38,358 bases of DNA, from contig DUMO01000050.1 of NCBI GenBank assembly GCA_012839865.1, positions 1 through 38,358 of the forward strand. Reading direction: 5' to 3'. The stretch is from Clostridiaceae bacterium (lineage in GTDB: Bacteria > Bacillota > Clostridia > CAYPLH01 > DUMO01). The position numbers and the translations under genes were made by a program. Below are positions 29,144 through 38,358 of this stretch, in pieces. Numbering within the stretch: the first letter of the stretch is position 1; every line of letters begins with the position of its first letter. Below the pieces are notes generated by a model, which was not told the DNA's origin, made no database searches, and worked only from the letters and a program-made list of their open reading frames with translations.

Positions 29144-30130
29144 TTACCTGCCCGCATGCTCCTGTATTTTCAAGGTATCCCTTGTTACTCTGAAAACGCT
29201 TTCGGTATCTATATAAGTTTTTTTGCCCTTAAGTTCATCTAAAAACACGCTTAGGCAATCCCCGGTATCAATATCGGGAGCCGTAATGATTTCCGAACCC
29301 GGCTTGCCATCCAGGGCAACTAAAATATCCCTTGAAACCGATGAGAATTCCATGACCCCTTTGGTTCCCCAGAACGTAAAGCGCCAATAAAACGGCAGTG
29401 TGTAACCTGAACTGTTTGGTGCTGCATAGGATACATCAGCCATCAAGCCTGCGCCATTTGAAAGCTCTGCCATGAACTGGGCACAATCCTTAAATGACGG
29501 CACTTCTTTTGCAAAAGCGTTCCAGCAGCGAGCTGCAATTACTCTCTTTAATGAAAGTCCGGTCAAATACTCAACCAAATCAATACCATGAACTGCGATA
29601 TCATTTATGGTACCGCCATGTTTCCCTTCTTCAAAATACCATCCTGCCCTTGTGCCATACATTAAAGGATGCTGCCCACCGAAAAATATCGCATGAATTT
29701 CTCCAAGGTTTCCACCTCTGATAAAGTCATAAACCGGCTGGACAACCTTGTTCTGCCTTAAGTCCAGCATACAGCCAACCTTCAGTCCTTTTTGCCGGGC
29801 CAAATCTTCAATTTCATCAAGCTCCGTTTGGGAAATACATAAAGGCTTGTCAGCGTATACATGTTTTCCCGCTTTGAGAGCAGCAATTGCTATGGGTCCC
29901 CTTGCAGAGTAATAATCACCGATTGCCACCACGTCAATATAATCTTCTTTTAACATTTCATCCATGTTGTCATGGGTAAATTTTACATTCAGCTCAGCTT
30001 GAGCGGCAGCCCGCGCCGCCGGGTCCTTCTCATACGCTGCAACAATCTCCACATCCGGATTATTCTCAGCATATTTATACAATAAGTTTATGTGTGGATG
30101 TCTGAATCCCGCAAATGCAATTCTCACCAT
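29144..30130 (-). CDS. Gfo/Idh/MocA family oxidoreductase
   Basis: RIAFAGFRHPH, ALKAGKHVYADKP, HGGTINDIAVHGID and typical C-terminal domain. Confidence 0.9.
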   Translation of the reverse strand: MVRIAFAGFRHPHINLLYKYAENNPDVEIVAAYEKDPAARAAAQAELNVKFTHDNMDEMLKEDYIDVVAIGDYYSARGPIAIAALKAGKHVYADKPLCISQTELDEIEDLARQKGLKVGCMLDLRQNKVVQPVYDFIRGGNLGEIHAIFFGGQHPLMYGTRAGWYFEEGKHGGTINDIAVHGIDLVEYLTGLSLKRVIAARCWNAFAKEVPSFKDCAQFMAELSNGAGLMADVSYAAPNSSGYTLPFYWRFTFWGTKGVMEFSSVSRDILVALDGKPGSEIITAPDIDTGDCLSVFLDELKGKKTYIDTESVFRVTRDTLKIQEHAGR

Positions 30131-30317
30131 TTAATTCACCATTCCTTGTACGTAATATTTTTGTTTTGCAGTGGAATCCGTGGATCTGCTGATAAATGCC
30201 CTTTTTTCAAAATCACCAGAAAAATTTTGGGCTTTTATGGTTAAATCACCCGAAGAAAGGCTGTTTTTCAGCAGTCTCGAATCCCCTGCCATCCGATCTT
30301 ATGCCCGCTTCAGAATA

Positions 30318-32969
30318 CTACTTCTTAAGCGAATTTATTCTTTCAACTACTTTATTATACATACTCGTATACTTTTCCTTCTTCTCCCGCTCTTCCTGAA
30401 CTATATTGGCAGGAGCTTTTTCGACAAAGTTGGGGTTGCCCAGCTTTTTATCAACCCTATCAATTTCACTTTGCAAATTGTTCTTCTCTTTTTCAAGCCT
30501 TTCAATTTCTTTATCAATATCGATCAGCTCTTCCAGAGGTATGAATATTTCTGCTCCCTCAACAACACATGATGCTGCATTGGAGGCAATTCCCGATTTA
30601 TCCCTTTGTACCAGCATGCTTGAAGCCCCTGCAAGGCGTTCAAAGAAGATTTTGCCTTCCTTAAATATATTACCCGTTTCCGGATTTGCAACAACAATAA
30701 ATATTTTGGTCTTCCTTGTGGGAGGAACGTTCATTTCTGCCCTTACATTCCTTATGCTTCTTATTGCATCCATGATTAGCATGGTTTTGCTTTCATCTTC
30801 AGGGAAATTGAACTTCTCACTATAAACAGGCCATTCAGATATCATAATGCTTGCATCGTCGTTTATCAAATGCCTGTAAATTTCCTCAGAAATGAAGGGC
30901 ATGAACGGATGCAAAAGCTTCATGGATGTCCCAAGGACATAATTTAACACATACTGGGCTTCAAGCCTGGATTGGCTCTCCCGGTCAAAAAGCCTTGGCT
31001 TTGTAAGCTCTATATACCAGTCGCAGAATTCTTCCCAGATGAATTCATAAATTTTCTGCAGGGCTATTCCAAGCTCAAACTTTTCAAGGTTTGATGTGAT
31101 CTCGGCAGTAATGCTGTTAACCCTGCTTAAAATCCACCTGTCTGCAAAGGTCAGTTTGTCAAAATCAACTTTTGAGAAATCAAGCTCCTCATCAAAGTTC
31201 ATAAGCACAAACCTGGACGCATTCCAGATTTTATTTGCAAAATTCCTTCCCGCCTCAAGCTTGCTTTCAGAGAACCTCAGGTCATTTCCGGGCGAAACGC
31301 CTATAGTCAGTGCAAATCGGAGAGCATCAGTTCCATACCTGTCAATTACCTCGAGGGGGTCAATCCCGTTCCCCAGGGACTTGCTCATTTTCCGCCCCAA
31401 TTCATCTCGCACGATTCCATGGATGAACACATATTTGAAAGGCTCCCTGTCCATATGCTCCATACCTGAAAAAATCATGCGGGCAACCCAGAAGAATATT
31501 ATGTCGTAACCAGTAACCAGCACACTTGTAGGATAGAAATATTTCAAATCACCGGTTTCCTTTGGCCAGCCCAGAGTTGAGAAAGGCCACAAAGCTGAAC
31601 TGAACCAGGTATCCAGTGTATCCGGGTCCTGCTCGATGTTTGAACTGTTACACTTTGGGCATTTTCCCGGTGTTTCTCTTGAAACAATCATCTCTCCGCA
31701 ATCCTTGCAATAATATGCGGGTATCCTGTGTCCCCACCATAATTGTCTGGAAATGCACCAGTCCTGAATGTTTTCCATCCAGTTGAAATATATCTTTGAG
31801 AACCTGTCGGGAACAAACCGGATGGTCCCGTCCTTTACAACTTCTATAGCTCTTTTGGCCAGAGGCTTCATTTTAACAAACCACTGCATTGAGACGGCAG
31901 GCTCAATATCCGTACTGCAGCGGTAGCATTGGCCTACATTATGCTTAATGCTTTCAATTTTCAACAAAAATCCAAGTTTCTCAAGGTCTGCTACAACTTT
32001 TGCACGGGCTTCATAGCGGCTTTGACCTTTGTATATCCCTGCGTTTTCAGTCATTGTGGCATCGTCCCCGATAACCTTGATTTGTTTGAGGTTATGCCTT
32101 AAGCCAATCTCAAAGTCATTGGGGTCATGGGCGGGTGTAATTTTAACCGCACCGGTGCCAAATTCCATTTCAACATAATCATCCGCTATTATTGGTATCT
32201 CCCTGTTCATAAGAGGAAGTATTACTGTCTTTCCAACAAGGTGTTTGTACCTTTCGTCATCGGGATGTACCGCTACCGCCGTATCCCCAAGCATGGTCTC
32301 CGGCCTTGTTGTAGCTACCGTAATAAACTCATCACTGTCCTTAACCGGGTATTTTATATACCAGAGCTTTCCTTCCTTCTCCTCATATTCAACTTCAGCG
32401 TCTGAAATTGACGTATTGCATTTGGGGCACCAGTTGATTATCCTCTCTCCCCTGTAAATCAGACCTTTTTCATAAAGCCTTACAAAGACCTCCTTAACGG
32501 CTTCCGACAGCCCCTCATCCATGGTAAAGCGCTCCCGGTCCCAGTCACAGGAGCTGCCGAGCTTCTTAAGCTGCTCCACAATACGTCCTCCGTAGTGTTT
32601 CTTCCATTCCCATGCCCTTTCAAGGAACTTTTCACGGCCAATCATTTCCTTGGTCAGGCCTTCCTTCGCCATAGCCTCTACAATCTTGGCCTCAGTGGCA
32701 ATGCTTGCATGGTCTGTTCCGGGAAGCCACAGGGTGGAATACCCCTGCATCCTTCTCCAGCGAATCAGAATATCCTGAAGGGTATTATCCAGTGCATGCC
32801 CCATGTGAAGCTGCCCTGTAATATTCGGAGGGGGTATCACAATTGTAAAAGGAGTCTTGCTTTCATCAATTTCAGCATGAAAATATCCTTTTTCCATCCA
32901 CTCGTTATACAGTCTGTCTTCAACCTTTTTAGGGTCGTAGACCTTATCAAGAATCTTATTGTTTTCCAT
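30318..32969 (-). CDS. valS: Valine--tRNA ligase
   Basis: [13 protein letters not shown] (HIGH), [29 protein letters not shown] and C-terminal coiled coil. Confidence 0.98.
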   Translation of the reverse strand: MENNKILDKVYDPKKVEDRLYNEWMEKGYFHAEIDESKTPFTIVIPPPNITGQLHMGHALDNTLQDILIRWRRMQGYSTLWLPGTDHASIATEAKIVEAMAKEGLTKEMIGREKFLERAWEWKKHYGGRIVEQLKKLGSSCDWDRERFTMDEGLSEAVKEVFVRLYEKGLIYRGERIINWCPKCNTSISDAEVEYEEKEGKLWYIKYPVKDSDEFITVATTRPETMLGDTAVAVHPDDERYKHLVGKTVILPLMNREIPIIADDYVEMEFGTGAVKITPAHDPNDFEIGLRHNLKQIKVIGDDATMTENAGIYKGQSRYEARAKVVADLEKLGFLLKIESIKHNVGQCYRCSTDIEPAVSMQWFVKMKPLAKRAIEVVKDGTIRFVPDRFSKIYFNWMENIQDWCISRQLWWGHRIPAYYCKDCGEMIVSRETPGKCPKCNSSNIEQDPDTLDTWFSSALWPFSTLGWPKETGDLKYFYPTSVLVTGYDIIFFWVARMIFSGMEHMDREPFKYVFIHGIVRDELGRKMSKSLGNGIDPLEVIDRYGTDALRFALTIGVSPGNDLRFSESKLEAGRNFANKIWNASRFVLMNFDEELDFSKVDFDKLTFADRWILSRVNSITAEITSNLEKFELGIALQKIYEFIWEEFCDWYIELTKPRLFDRESQSRLEAQYVLNYVLGTSMKLLHPFMPFISEEIYRHLINDDASIMISEWPVYSEKFNFPEDESKTMLIMDAIRSIRNVRAEMNVPPTRKTKIFIVVANPETGNIFKEGKIFFERLAGASSMLVQRDKSGIASNAASCVVEGAEIFIPLEELIDIDKEIERLEKEKNNLQSEIDRVDKKLGNPNFVEKAPANIVQEEREKKEKYTSMYNKVVERINSLKK

Positions 32970-33121
32970 TATATTCTAACCTCCAATCAAGTTCATACTT
33001 CAATTAAGAATAAACTGCTGCAAATCTATTTAAGAAAAGCAAATATCAATTTAAACGTATTTTCCGCCGGTACACCTGAATCGCCGCAAGTTACCGGGAT
33101 TATGCATAGAGCTTTTGCAAA

Positions 33122-33364
33122 TCACCTGAAAACTATAAACACCAATATAAATCCAGGTAGTGCAATCAGCATGCCCAGCATCTTGGTGTTGATAACAGCC
33201 TTGTTGTACTTGTATAAATTCAGTTCTTCTTCTCTCATTTCAAAGCTGAAATCACATTTTGTATTCTTATCAAGCTGAAAATGCTCGACAATTTTCCCTG
33301 CTCCGAATACAATTCCCAGTCCTGCTGCAAGCAAGGCAAATGCGATAATTTTTAGTGCCGCCAT
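33122..33364 (-). CDS. Small two-TM membrane protein between the T-box and valS
   Basis: RBS GGTGG; two hydrophobic helices flank a polar loop; begins about 25 nt after the T-box terminator U-tract. Confidence 0.75.
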   Translation of the reverse strand: MAALKIIAFALLAAGLGIVFGAGKIVEHFQLDKNTKCDFSFEMREEELNLYKYNKAVINTKMLGMLIALPGFILVFIVFR

Positions 33365-33389
33365 AATTCCACCACCCGCTTTATAAACT

Positions 33390-33650
33390 AAAAAAACCTT
33401 TCATCTAAAAACATGGACGAAAGGTATCTTCCGCGGTACCACCAAAATTCCCGTAAGGGCCCTCAATAAAATGTGCATGCCAAAAAAGCAGCTCACATTT
33501 TTAATTTTAACGGATTTACCGCCGCGACCTACCGCATCTTCAGCCGCAGAACTCCCAAGCGACATTCAACAGCCTGTTTCCCGGAGAATCTCTCAGCCGG
33601 TGAATTCTCCTCTCTTTTGGGCATAACTGCCTACTCCTCTTGTTCATCGT
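33390..33650 (-). ncRNA. Val T-box riboswitch
   Basis: Minus strand: Stem I with AGTA, AGAGAG and GCTGAGA; specifier GAA-T-GTC-G (GUC = Val at 33561-33563); T-box GGTGGTACCGCG at 33432-33443; antiterminator TTCGTCC; terminator ACCTTTCGTCC/AGATGAAAGGT plus T7. Confidence 0.92.
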
Positions 33651-33673
33651 GTTTGTTATATAAGCTTTCATAT

Positions 33674-33703
33674 ATAATACAGCAATATTTTGAAACAAGT
33701 CAA
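33674..33703 (-). promoter_or_regulatory. Putative sigma-A promoter for the T-box/valS unit
   Basis: Minus strand TTGACT-18-TATTAT just upstream of Stem I. Confidence 0.6.
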
Positions 33704-33730
33704 GGGTTAAATTGCGTTTGGGGAATTCCA

Positions 33731-33849
33731 ACATGGCATGGTGTTATTGTTCAGGGATTATTGATGTAATTGACACAATTCATGAACATTAACAGCATGG
33801 TAACTGAAAAAAATGAAATGTATGCAGAACAATAACAAATGGCTCATGT
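33731..33849. repeat. Imperfect inverted-repeat element sharing a 34-bp core with 11833-11866
   Basis: Perfect 11-bp arms TGTTATTGTTC (33742-33752) / GAACAATAACA (33827-33837), extending imperfectly to ACATG ends. Confidence 0.6.
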
Positions 33850-33881
33850 CATCACACATTGTACTTTTTGGAAATTAACCA

Positions 33882-33910
33882 TTGAATATCAATATTAATT
33901 TCTATATAAT
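33882..33910 (+). promoter_or_regulatory. Putative sigma-A promoter for argJ
   Basis: TTGAAT (33882-33887) - 17 nt - TATAAT (33905-33910). Confidence 0.7.
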
Positions 33911-33955
33911 TTAGTTAACATCAAATACTAATACACAGCGGAATACACTTATAAA

Positions 33956-34092
33956 GCCATAGTTTATGATATCGAAGGTTGCTTCATTTTACAAAGACAG
34001 CATGGTTTATGATATATCATAAGCCGCTTCATTTTTTTACAGAAGTGCATGACTTATGACATATTTTTAAACCGCTTTACTTTTCAAAGGCA
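33956..34092 (+). repeat. Three degenerate 44-47-bp tandem repeats in the argJ leader
   Basis: Each unit has CATRRYTTATGAYAT ... GCTTYAYTTTT ... CARA; units start at 33956, 34000 and 34047. Confidence 0.75.
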
Positions 34093-34127
34093 ACAACTAT
34101 GGGATTCTTTGCTGTAAGGATACTGGA

Positions 34128-35333
34128 GTGAAAATTTTGCAAAATATCGGCGTAACCTTCCCAAAAGGTTTCAAAGCTGCAGGCGTTGCATGCGGAATTA
34201 AAAAAAACGGAGGAAAGGATCTTGCGGTTGTTTGTTCGGACGTGACGGCAACTGCTGCAGCAGTCTTTACAACTAATATTGTGAAGGGGCATTCCCTTCA
34301 GTTATCAATGGAACATATAAAAAATGCCACTGCCAGGGCTATTGTCATAAACAGCGGCAACGCCAACGCATGTGTTGGTGAAATAGGGTTTCAGAGCGCC
34401 CGCACAATTACCGGCAGTGTCTCAACGCTCATAGGCTGCACCCCGGAAGAAGTATTAATCAATTCTACCGGTGTAATAGGTGTTCCGCTGAAAACAGATT
34501 TGATTTTGCAAGGCGTTAAAACAGCATTTGAAAAGCTCTCATACAGTGGCGGACCTGAAGCCGCCGAAGCCATAATGACAACCGATACTTTCCCCAAGCA
34601 GGAGACAGTGGAATTCGAACTTGATGGCTGCAGGGCAAGAATTGGCGGCATGGCCAAGGGCTCAGGCATGATTCACCCCAACATGGCTACCATGATTGGC
34701 GTTATAACGACTGATATAAATATATCAAAACCTCTTCTTCATAAAGCTTTGAAACAGGTAATAAAATCAACCTTCAACCGCACCTCCGTTGATGGAGATA
34801 CAAGCGTTTGTGACATGGTCGCAATGCTGGCAAACGGTATGGCCGGGAATAGAAAAATTGAAGAAGAGAATGAAGATTTCGAAAAATTCGTAATGCACCT
34901 TAATAGCGTTTGCACAAATCTTGCACGATTGATAGCCAAAGACGGCGAAGGTGCAACCAAGCTTATAGAAATAAAGGTAAACGGCGCGCCTTCTGAGGAG
35001 GATGCTTACAAAATAGTCAGCGCCGTTGCAAAATCACCCCTTGTAAAAACCGCAATATTCGGGGAGGATGCAAACTGGGGGCGTATCATTACCGCAGCAG
35101 GATGCTCGGGAGCAGTTTTCAATCCTGAAAAAGTGGATATATATATTGGGGATTTAATCGTATGCAATAAAGGTACTGCAGTAAATTTTGACGAAGACAA
35201 GGCAAAGAATATTTTAAGTAGCAAGGAAGTTTGCATTACTATCGACCTGAACCAGGGCAATTGTTCGGACAGAATGTGGACCTGCGACTTTTCCTATGAT
35301 TATGTAAAAATTAACGGTAGTTATCGTTCTTAA
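34128..35333 (+). CDS. argJ: Bifunctional ornithine acetyltransferase / N-acetylglutamate synthase
   Basis: FPKGFKAAGV.CGIK, INSGNANAC, STGVIG, IMTTDT, GMAKGSGMIHPNMATM (autocleavage Thr), KDGEGATK and TCDFSYDYVKING.YRS. Confidence 0.97.
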   Translation: MKILQNIGVTFPKGFKAAGVACGIKKNGGKDLAVVCSDVTATAAAVFTTNIVKGHSLQLSMEHIKNATARAIVINSGNANACVGEIGFQSARTITGSVSTLIGCTPEEVLINSTGVIGVPLKTDLILQGVKTAFEKLSYSGGPEAAEAIMTTDTFPKQETVEFELDGCRARIGGMAKGSGMIHPNMATMIGVITTDINISKPLLHKALKQVIKSTFNRTSVDGDTSVCDMVAMLANGMAGNRKIEEENEDFEKFVMHLNSVCTNLARLIAKDGEGATKLIEIKVNGAPSEEDAYKIVSAVAKSPLVKTAIFGEDANWGRIITAAGCSGAVFNPEKVDIYIGDLIVCNKGTAVNFDEDKAKNILSSKEVCITIDLNQGNCSDRMWTCDFSYDYVKINGSYRS

Positions 35334-35339
35334 AGAGAA

Positions 35340-35356
35340 GGGACGGTTCAATGTCC
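35340..35356. repeat. Partial end of the GGGACGGTTC element family
   Basis: GGGACGGTTC directly after the argJ stop, identical to 18178-18187. Confidence 0.45.
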
Positions 35357-35513
35357 AGGCCATAAGGCAAGTACTTGAATATCAGCGGCAGGTTCTTAAG
35401 GCTTGCCGGCAGGTTTAAAAACGTTAGACCCACTTTCAGATAAACGTTTATACTTTGCAAAAATAGAAATATGGACTTTTAAATAACAAAATAATATAAA
35501 GGAGTTGCGGCTT

Positions 35514-36605
35514 TTGCTATATAAGAAATACGGAAAAACAGGCAAGGATATTTCAATCATCGGATTTGGCGGAATGCGCTTTCAAAAGGACGGAGAAGAA
35601 TATGACCTTGAAAAATGCGCGCAAATGGTGACACGGGCTTATGAACTGGGAATCAACTATTTTGATACCGCACCCGGTTATTGTGGCGGAAAGAGCGAAG
35701 AAATCTTTGGAATCGCCTTCAAACAAATTCCCGGAAAATTTTATGTATCCACAAAAAGCAGCGCCCGCACAGGAGACAAACTTCGTGAGGACCTGGAACG
35801 CTCCCTTAAACGGATGGGAGTTGAAAAAATAGACTTCTTTCATATCTGGTGCGTCCTCACAATGGAGGACTACAGAAAACGCCTGGTAAAGGGAGGCCCT
35901 TATGAAGCGGCATTAAAGGCAAAAGAAGAAGGCTTGGTTGAGCATATTACCATTTCCACCCACTGCAACGGAGAAGAAATTGAAACAATTGTGAAGGAAG
36001 GCTTGTTTGAAGGAATAACCCTGGGGTACAACATATTGAACTTCCCCTATCGCAGAAGTGGCCTTAAGGCTGCCTTTGACAACGGAATGGGGGTTGCAAC
36101 AATGAATCCCTTAGGTGGAGGGGTAATACCGCAAAATGCCGAGTATCTGAAGTTTATGATCAATGAAGAGGATCAATCAATCGTAGAGTCGGCAATCAAG
36201 TTTAACGCCTCCCACAAAGAGATAACCACTGTGCTCACAGGCATGAGCAGCTTGAGGGATGTTGAAGAAAACGCGGCAGTCGGCAACAAAATCAGCCCCT
36301 TTACCGAGGAGAAGCTTAAGGAAATCGAAAACAAACTTTCAGCATCCATGAACGAGTTGTGCACTGGATGCCGGTATTGTGAGAAATGTCCACAAGGCGT
36401 CAGCATTCCAAAGTTCATGCTGGCTTATAATGAAAGCCTTATACGTAAAGATAAAACTGCAACCATGAATGCCCTGAAATGGACTTATGGCTTAAGTCCA
36501 AAGGAAGCAAATGAATGCATTGCCTGCGGGGCTTGCGAAAAGAAGTGCACCCAGCATTTAAATATTATTGAAAGATTGAAGGAAATTTATTCCTGGAGCA
36601 ATTAA
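35514..36605 (+). CDS. Aldo/keto reductase with C-terminal 2x[4Fe-4S] domain
   Basis: YKKYGKTG..ISIIGFGGMRF, GINYFDTAPGY, VSTK, CTGCRYCEKCP and CIACGACEKKCTQ. Likely start is TTG 35514 (AAAGGAG). Confidence 0.92.
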   Translation: MLYKKYGKTGKDISIIGFGGMRFQKDGEEYDLEKCAQMVTRAYELGINYFDTAPGYCGGKSEEIFGIAFKQIPGKFYVSTKSSARTGDKLREDLERSLKRMGVEKIDFFHIWCVLTMEDYRKRLVKGGPYEAALKAKEEGLVEHITISTHCNGEEIETIVKEGLFEGITLGYNILNFPYRRSGLKAAFDNGMGVATMNPLGGGVIPQNAEYLKFMINEEDQSIVESAIKFNASHKEITTVLTGMSSLRDVEENAAVGNKISPFTEEKLKEIENKLSASMNELCTGCRYCEKCPQGVSIPKFMLAYNESLIRKDKTATMNALKWTYGLSPKEANECIACGACEKKCTQHLNIIERLKEIYSWSN

Positions 36606-36870
36606 ACAGACTTTAAGGCTTCATTTCTGTAAATTGAACATACATTGGTTGCATGCCTGCACGAGCTGCAACTAAATATTTGCCTGCCCATAAGAATAGC
36701 AAGCGTAAGGGGATGGCATTGGCATATTATAGAATAAGCCAAAGGGTTTGGTCATTCCGGCAGTCAGCAATCCTGACAGCAGCATTGGTTATCCTGCTGA
36801 TAACCATCCCGGGCATGGTTCTGATATAAGCAGTGCATAAAATTTTCTACCGATAAGAGGGGGATTTATA

Positions 36871-37290
36871 ATGAACAAACAGGTCCTGGTGTTCAAAATC
36901 TGCAATGACGAATTTGGATTGGATATCGATAACATAACCCAGATAATTACACCTGTAGAATCTACCTTTATTCCTGATGCTCCGGATTATATGGAAGGTG
37001 TAATCAACTTTCTGGACTCAGTTTATGTTTTGATCAATGTCCGCAAAAAATTCGGGTTTCCGGACAAGGAACAGGATGAGGCCACAAGAATAGTAATTGT
37101 TGAAAAGGACAAGGTAAAAGCCGGTTTAATTGTTGACGAGGCTTATAACATAATATCAATTGATACTATTGAGGGAAAACCGGCATCTTCAGAAATTCGG
37201 GAAAAATATGGAGCGAACGTGAAGAGCGTTATCGAAAAGAATAATAAAGAGATTTTGCTTCTTGACCTTGACCGGTTTTTTCAAATATGA
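36871..37290 (+). CDS. cheW: Chemotaxis adaptor CheW (stand-alone)
   Basis: VLVFKI..DEFGLDI..I..II, IPDAPDYMEGVINF, RIVIV..GLIVDE and LLDLD. Confidence 0.85.
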   Translation: MNKQVLVFKICNDEFGLDIDNITQIITPVESTFIPDAPDYMEGVINFLDSVYVLINVRKKFGFPDKEQDEATRIVIVEKDKVKAGLIVDEAYNIISIDTIEGKPASSEIREKYGANVKSVIEKNNKEILLLDLDRFFQI

Positions 37291-37425
37291 AAAATAACGC
37301 ATGATGCCCTGATATGGGGCATTTGCTTTTTATCATGGCGTCTCTATATACAAGATAATTTTCACAGGCATAAAACAAGTTACTGTTTGGCTTTTGCCGC
37401 TTTTTCGCAAACAATAATGTTAAAT

Positions 37426-37950
37426 CTATCCTTTTCTCACACCCAGTATGTGCAAAAACCTTATATTTCTCCAACTGTAGTTGGATAACGGATAGTTATC
37501 CCTGTCAATGGTGTGGGTTGCAATCAGTATATTGCTTACAGAAGGGACAGCTCCGGTACTAACAATGACAGGAGAATGATTGAAATGGCTGCCTCCCTGG
37601 AATGACAATTGCACAATGTCTCCCGGTTCAACATCCTTGACATCCACTTCTTCTGCAAAGGGTCCCGGACCATCTTTATTTCCCGTAAGAAATTTATGCA
37701 GATAATTTACCCCCGTCCAGGATGCTGTCCTTTTAAAAGAATTAACATAGTACCAACCATGTATTGGAGTAAAGTTCATGATACCGCTTCCTGCATAAAT
37801 CACTTGTGATGCAAAGTTGGTGCAATCGCCGCCCAATTTTTCAAAATTCAGATACTTCGGGTTGCGCCCAAATGCCCATTGATGCGCATATGCAACTGCT
37901 TTTGCCCTGTCATAGGGCACAACATTCAGCCTTCTTACAGCAGAATTCAT
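37426..37950 (-). CDS. Amidase_6-type putative amidase domain protein
   Basis: YDR.KAVAYA..WA..RNP.Y, GGDCTNFASQ, SWTGV, PGDIVQL, HS..I and ATHT. Confidence 0.88.
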   Translation of the reverse strand: MNSAVRRLNVVPYDRAKAVAYAHQWAFGRNPKYLNFEKLGGDCTNFASQVIYAGSGIMNFTPIHGWYYVNSFKRTASWTGVNYLHKFLTGNKDGPGPFAEEVDVKDVEPGDIVQLSFQGGSHFNHSPVIVSTGAVPSVSNILIATHTIDRDNYPLSNYSWRNIRFLHILGVRKG

Positions 37951-38246
37951 GCAAATCTCCCCTTTTTACGGTTTATAAGGTCAACAATCGCTGCCAGGCG
38001 GTTTTTCACAAAAAATCATCCCTATTGGGAAGTGGTTATTTTAATCAATATCTGGTATAATATATATGTCTTTAGAAGTCTTCTTTACATTATGTTAACA
38101 AACTTCGTACAGTTAACGTATTGGTTGAACTTCACATTTAATAAAGGGCCGAAGTTATCTATCCCGCAGTATATGTGCTTTTTGTGGAATAACCATAATA
38201 TATATATACTGAAACGGACTGATAAATGTGAAAGGAGTTTTAATAA

Positions 38247-38358
38247 TTGCCTAGGAACGTTATGGCATGCGTAACACAGCAAAAAACCTGCGAAAGGTTG
38301 ATCAGAAAAGCTGCTGAGATAAACAAGAAGGAAAAAGGCTCGTTATACGTAATTCATG
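38247..38358 (+). CDS. Partial UspA-like (universal stress) protein running off the window end; not in the ORF track
   Basis: RBS AAAGGAG (38231-38237) then TTG. Translation (M)PRNVMACVTQQKTCERLIRKAAEINKKEKGSLYVIH fits the clostridial Usp N-terminus pattern. Confidence 0.75.
   Translation, partial: MPRNVMACVTQQKTCERLIRKAAEINKKEKGSLYVIH

Noticed and set aside
33882..34070. ArgR boxes upstream of argJ
   Set aside because: The best candidates (TGAATATCAATATT, TGCATGACTTATGAC) fit the TGAAT-N4-ATTCA palindrome poorly.
36849..36856. Sigma-28 promoter for cheW (CCGATAA)
   Set aside because: No TAAA -35 at the right spacing, and the site sits on top of the RBS.
37806..38282. ORF-track calls 37806-38060, 37879-38274 and 38085-38282
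   Set aside because: They overlap the amidase gene or AT-rich promoter DNA and lack an RBS; the UspA-like frame from 38247 explains the window end better.

Overview
A mostly housekeeping chromosomal window from a spore-forming, low-GC Clostridia genome. The Acetivibrio/Ruminiclostridium-like assignment is inferred from gene content and style. No phage, CRISPR array, rRNA/tRNA gene or transposase was found. Genes in order: rlmD, an M23 peptidase plus bactofilin, yunB, a class A PBP, a DUF39/NIL-ferredoxin/UPF0280 homocysteine-synthesis cluster running into proB, a LOG protein, MoxR-DUF58-DUF4129, an alpha-oxoamine synthase with serine-palmitoyltransferase-like motifs, yihA, GDPD plus MFS, uvrC, groES-groEL with a perfect CIRCE, hisIE, several small enzymes, valS behind a Val T-box, argJ, an Fe-S aldo/keto reductase, an orphan cheW, an amidase and a partial UspA-like gene. 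The most unusual signals are: (1) an SPT-like enzyme in a Firmicute; (2) a repeat-rich secreted protein broken by a +1 frameshift in a T8 tract and by an in-frame TGA inside its repeat array; (3) in-frame tandem-repeat expansions inside rlmD (5 x 42 bp) and uvrC (about 16 x 12 bp); (4) a dispersed GGGACAGGGGGACGG inverted-repeat element family, one copy of which supplies the YihA C-terminus; (5) a small membrane gene placed between the Val T-box and valS; and (6) a triple repeat in the argJ leader. All product calls come from motif recognition by eye; no database searches were run.
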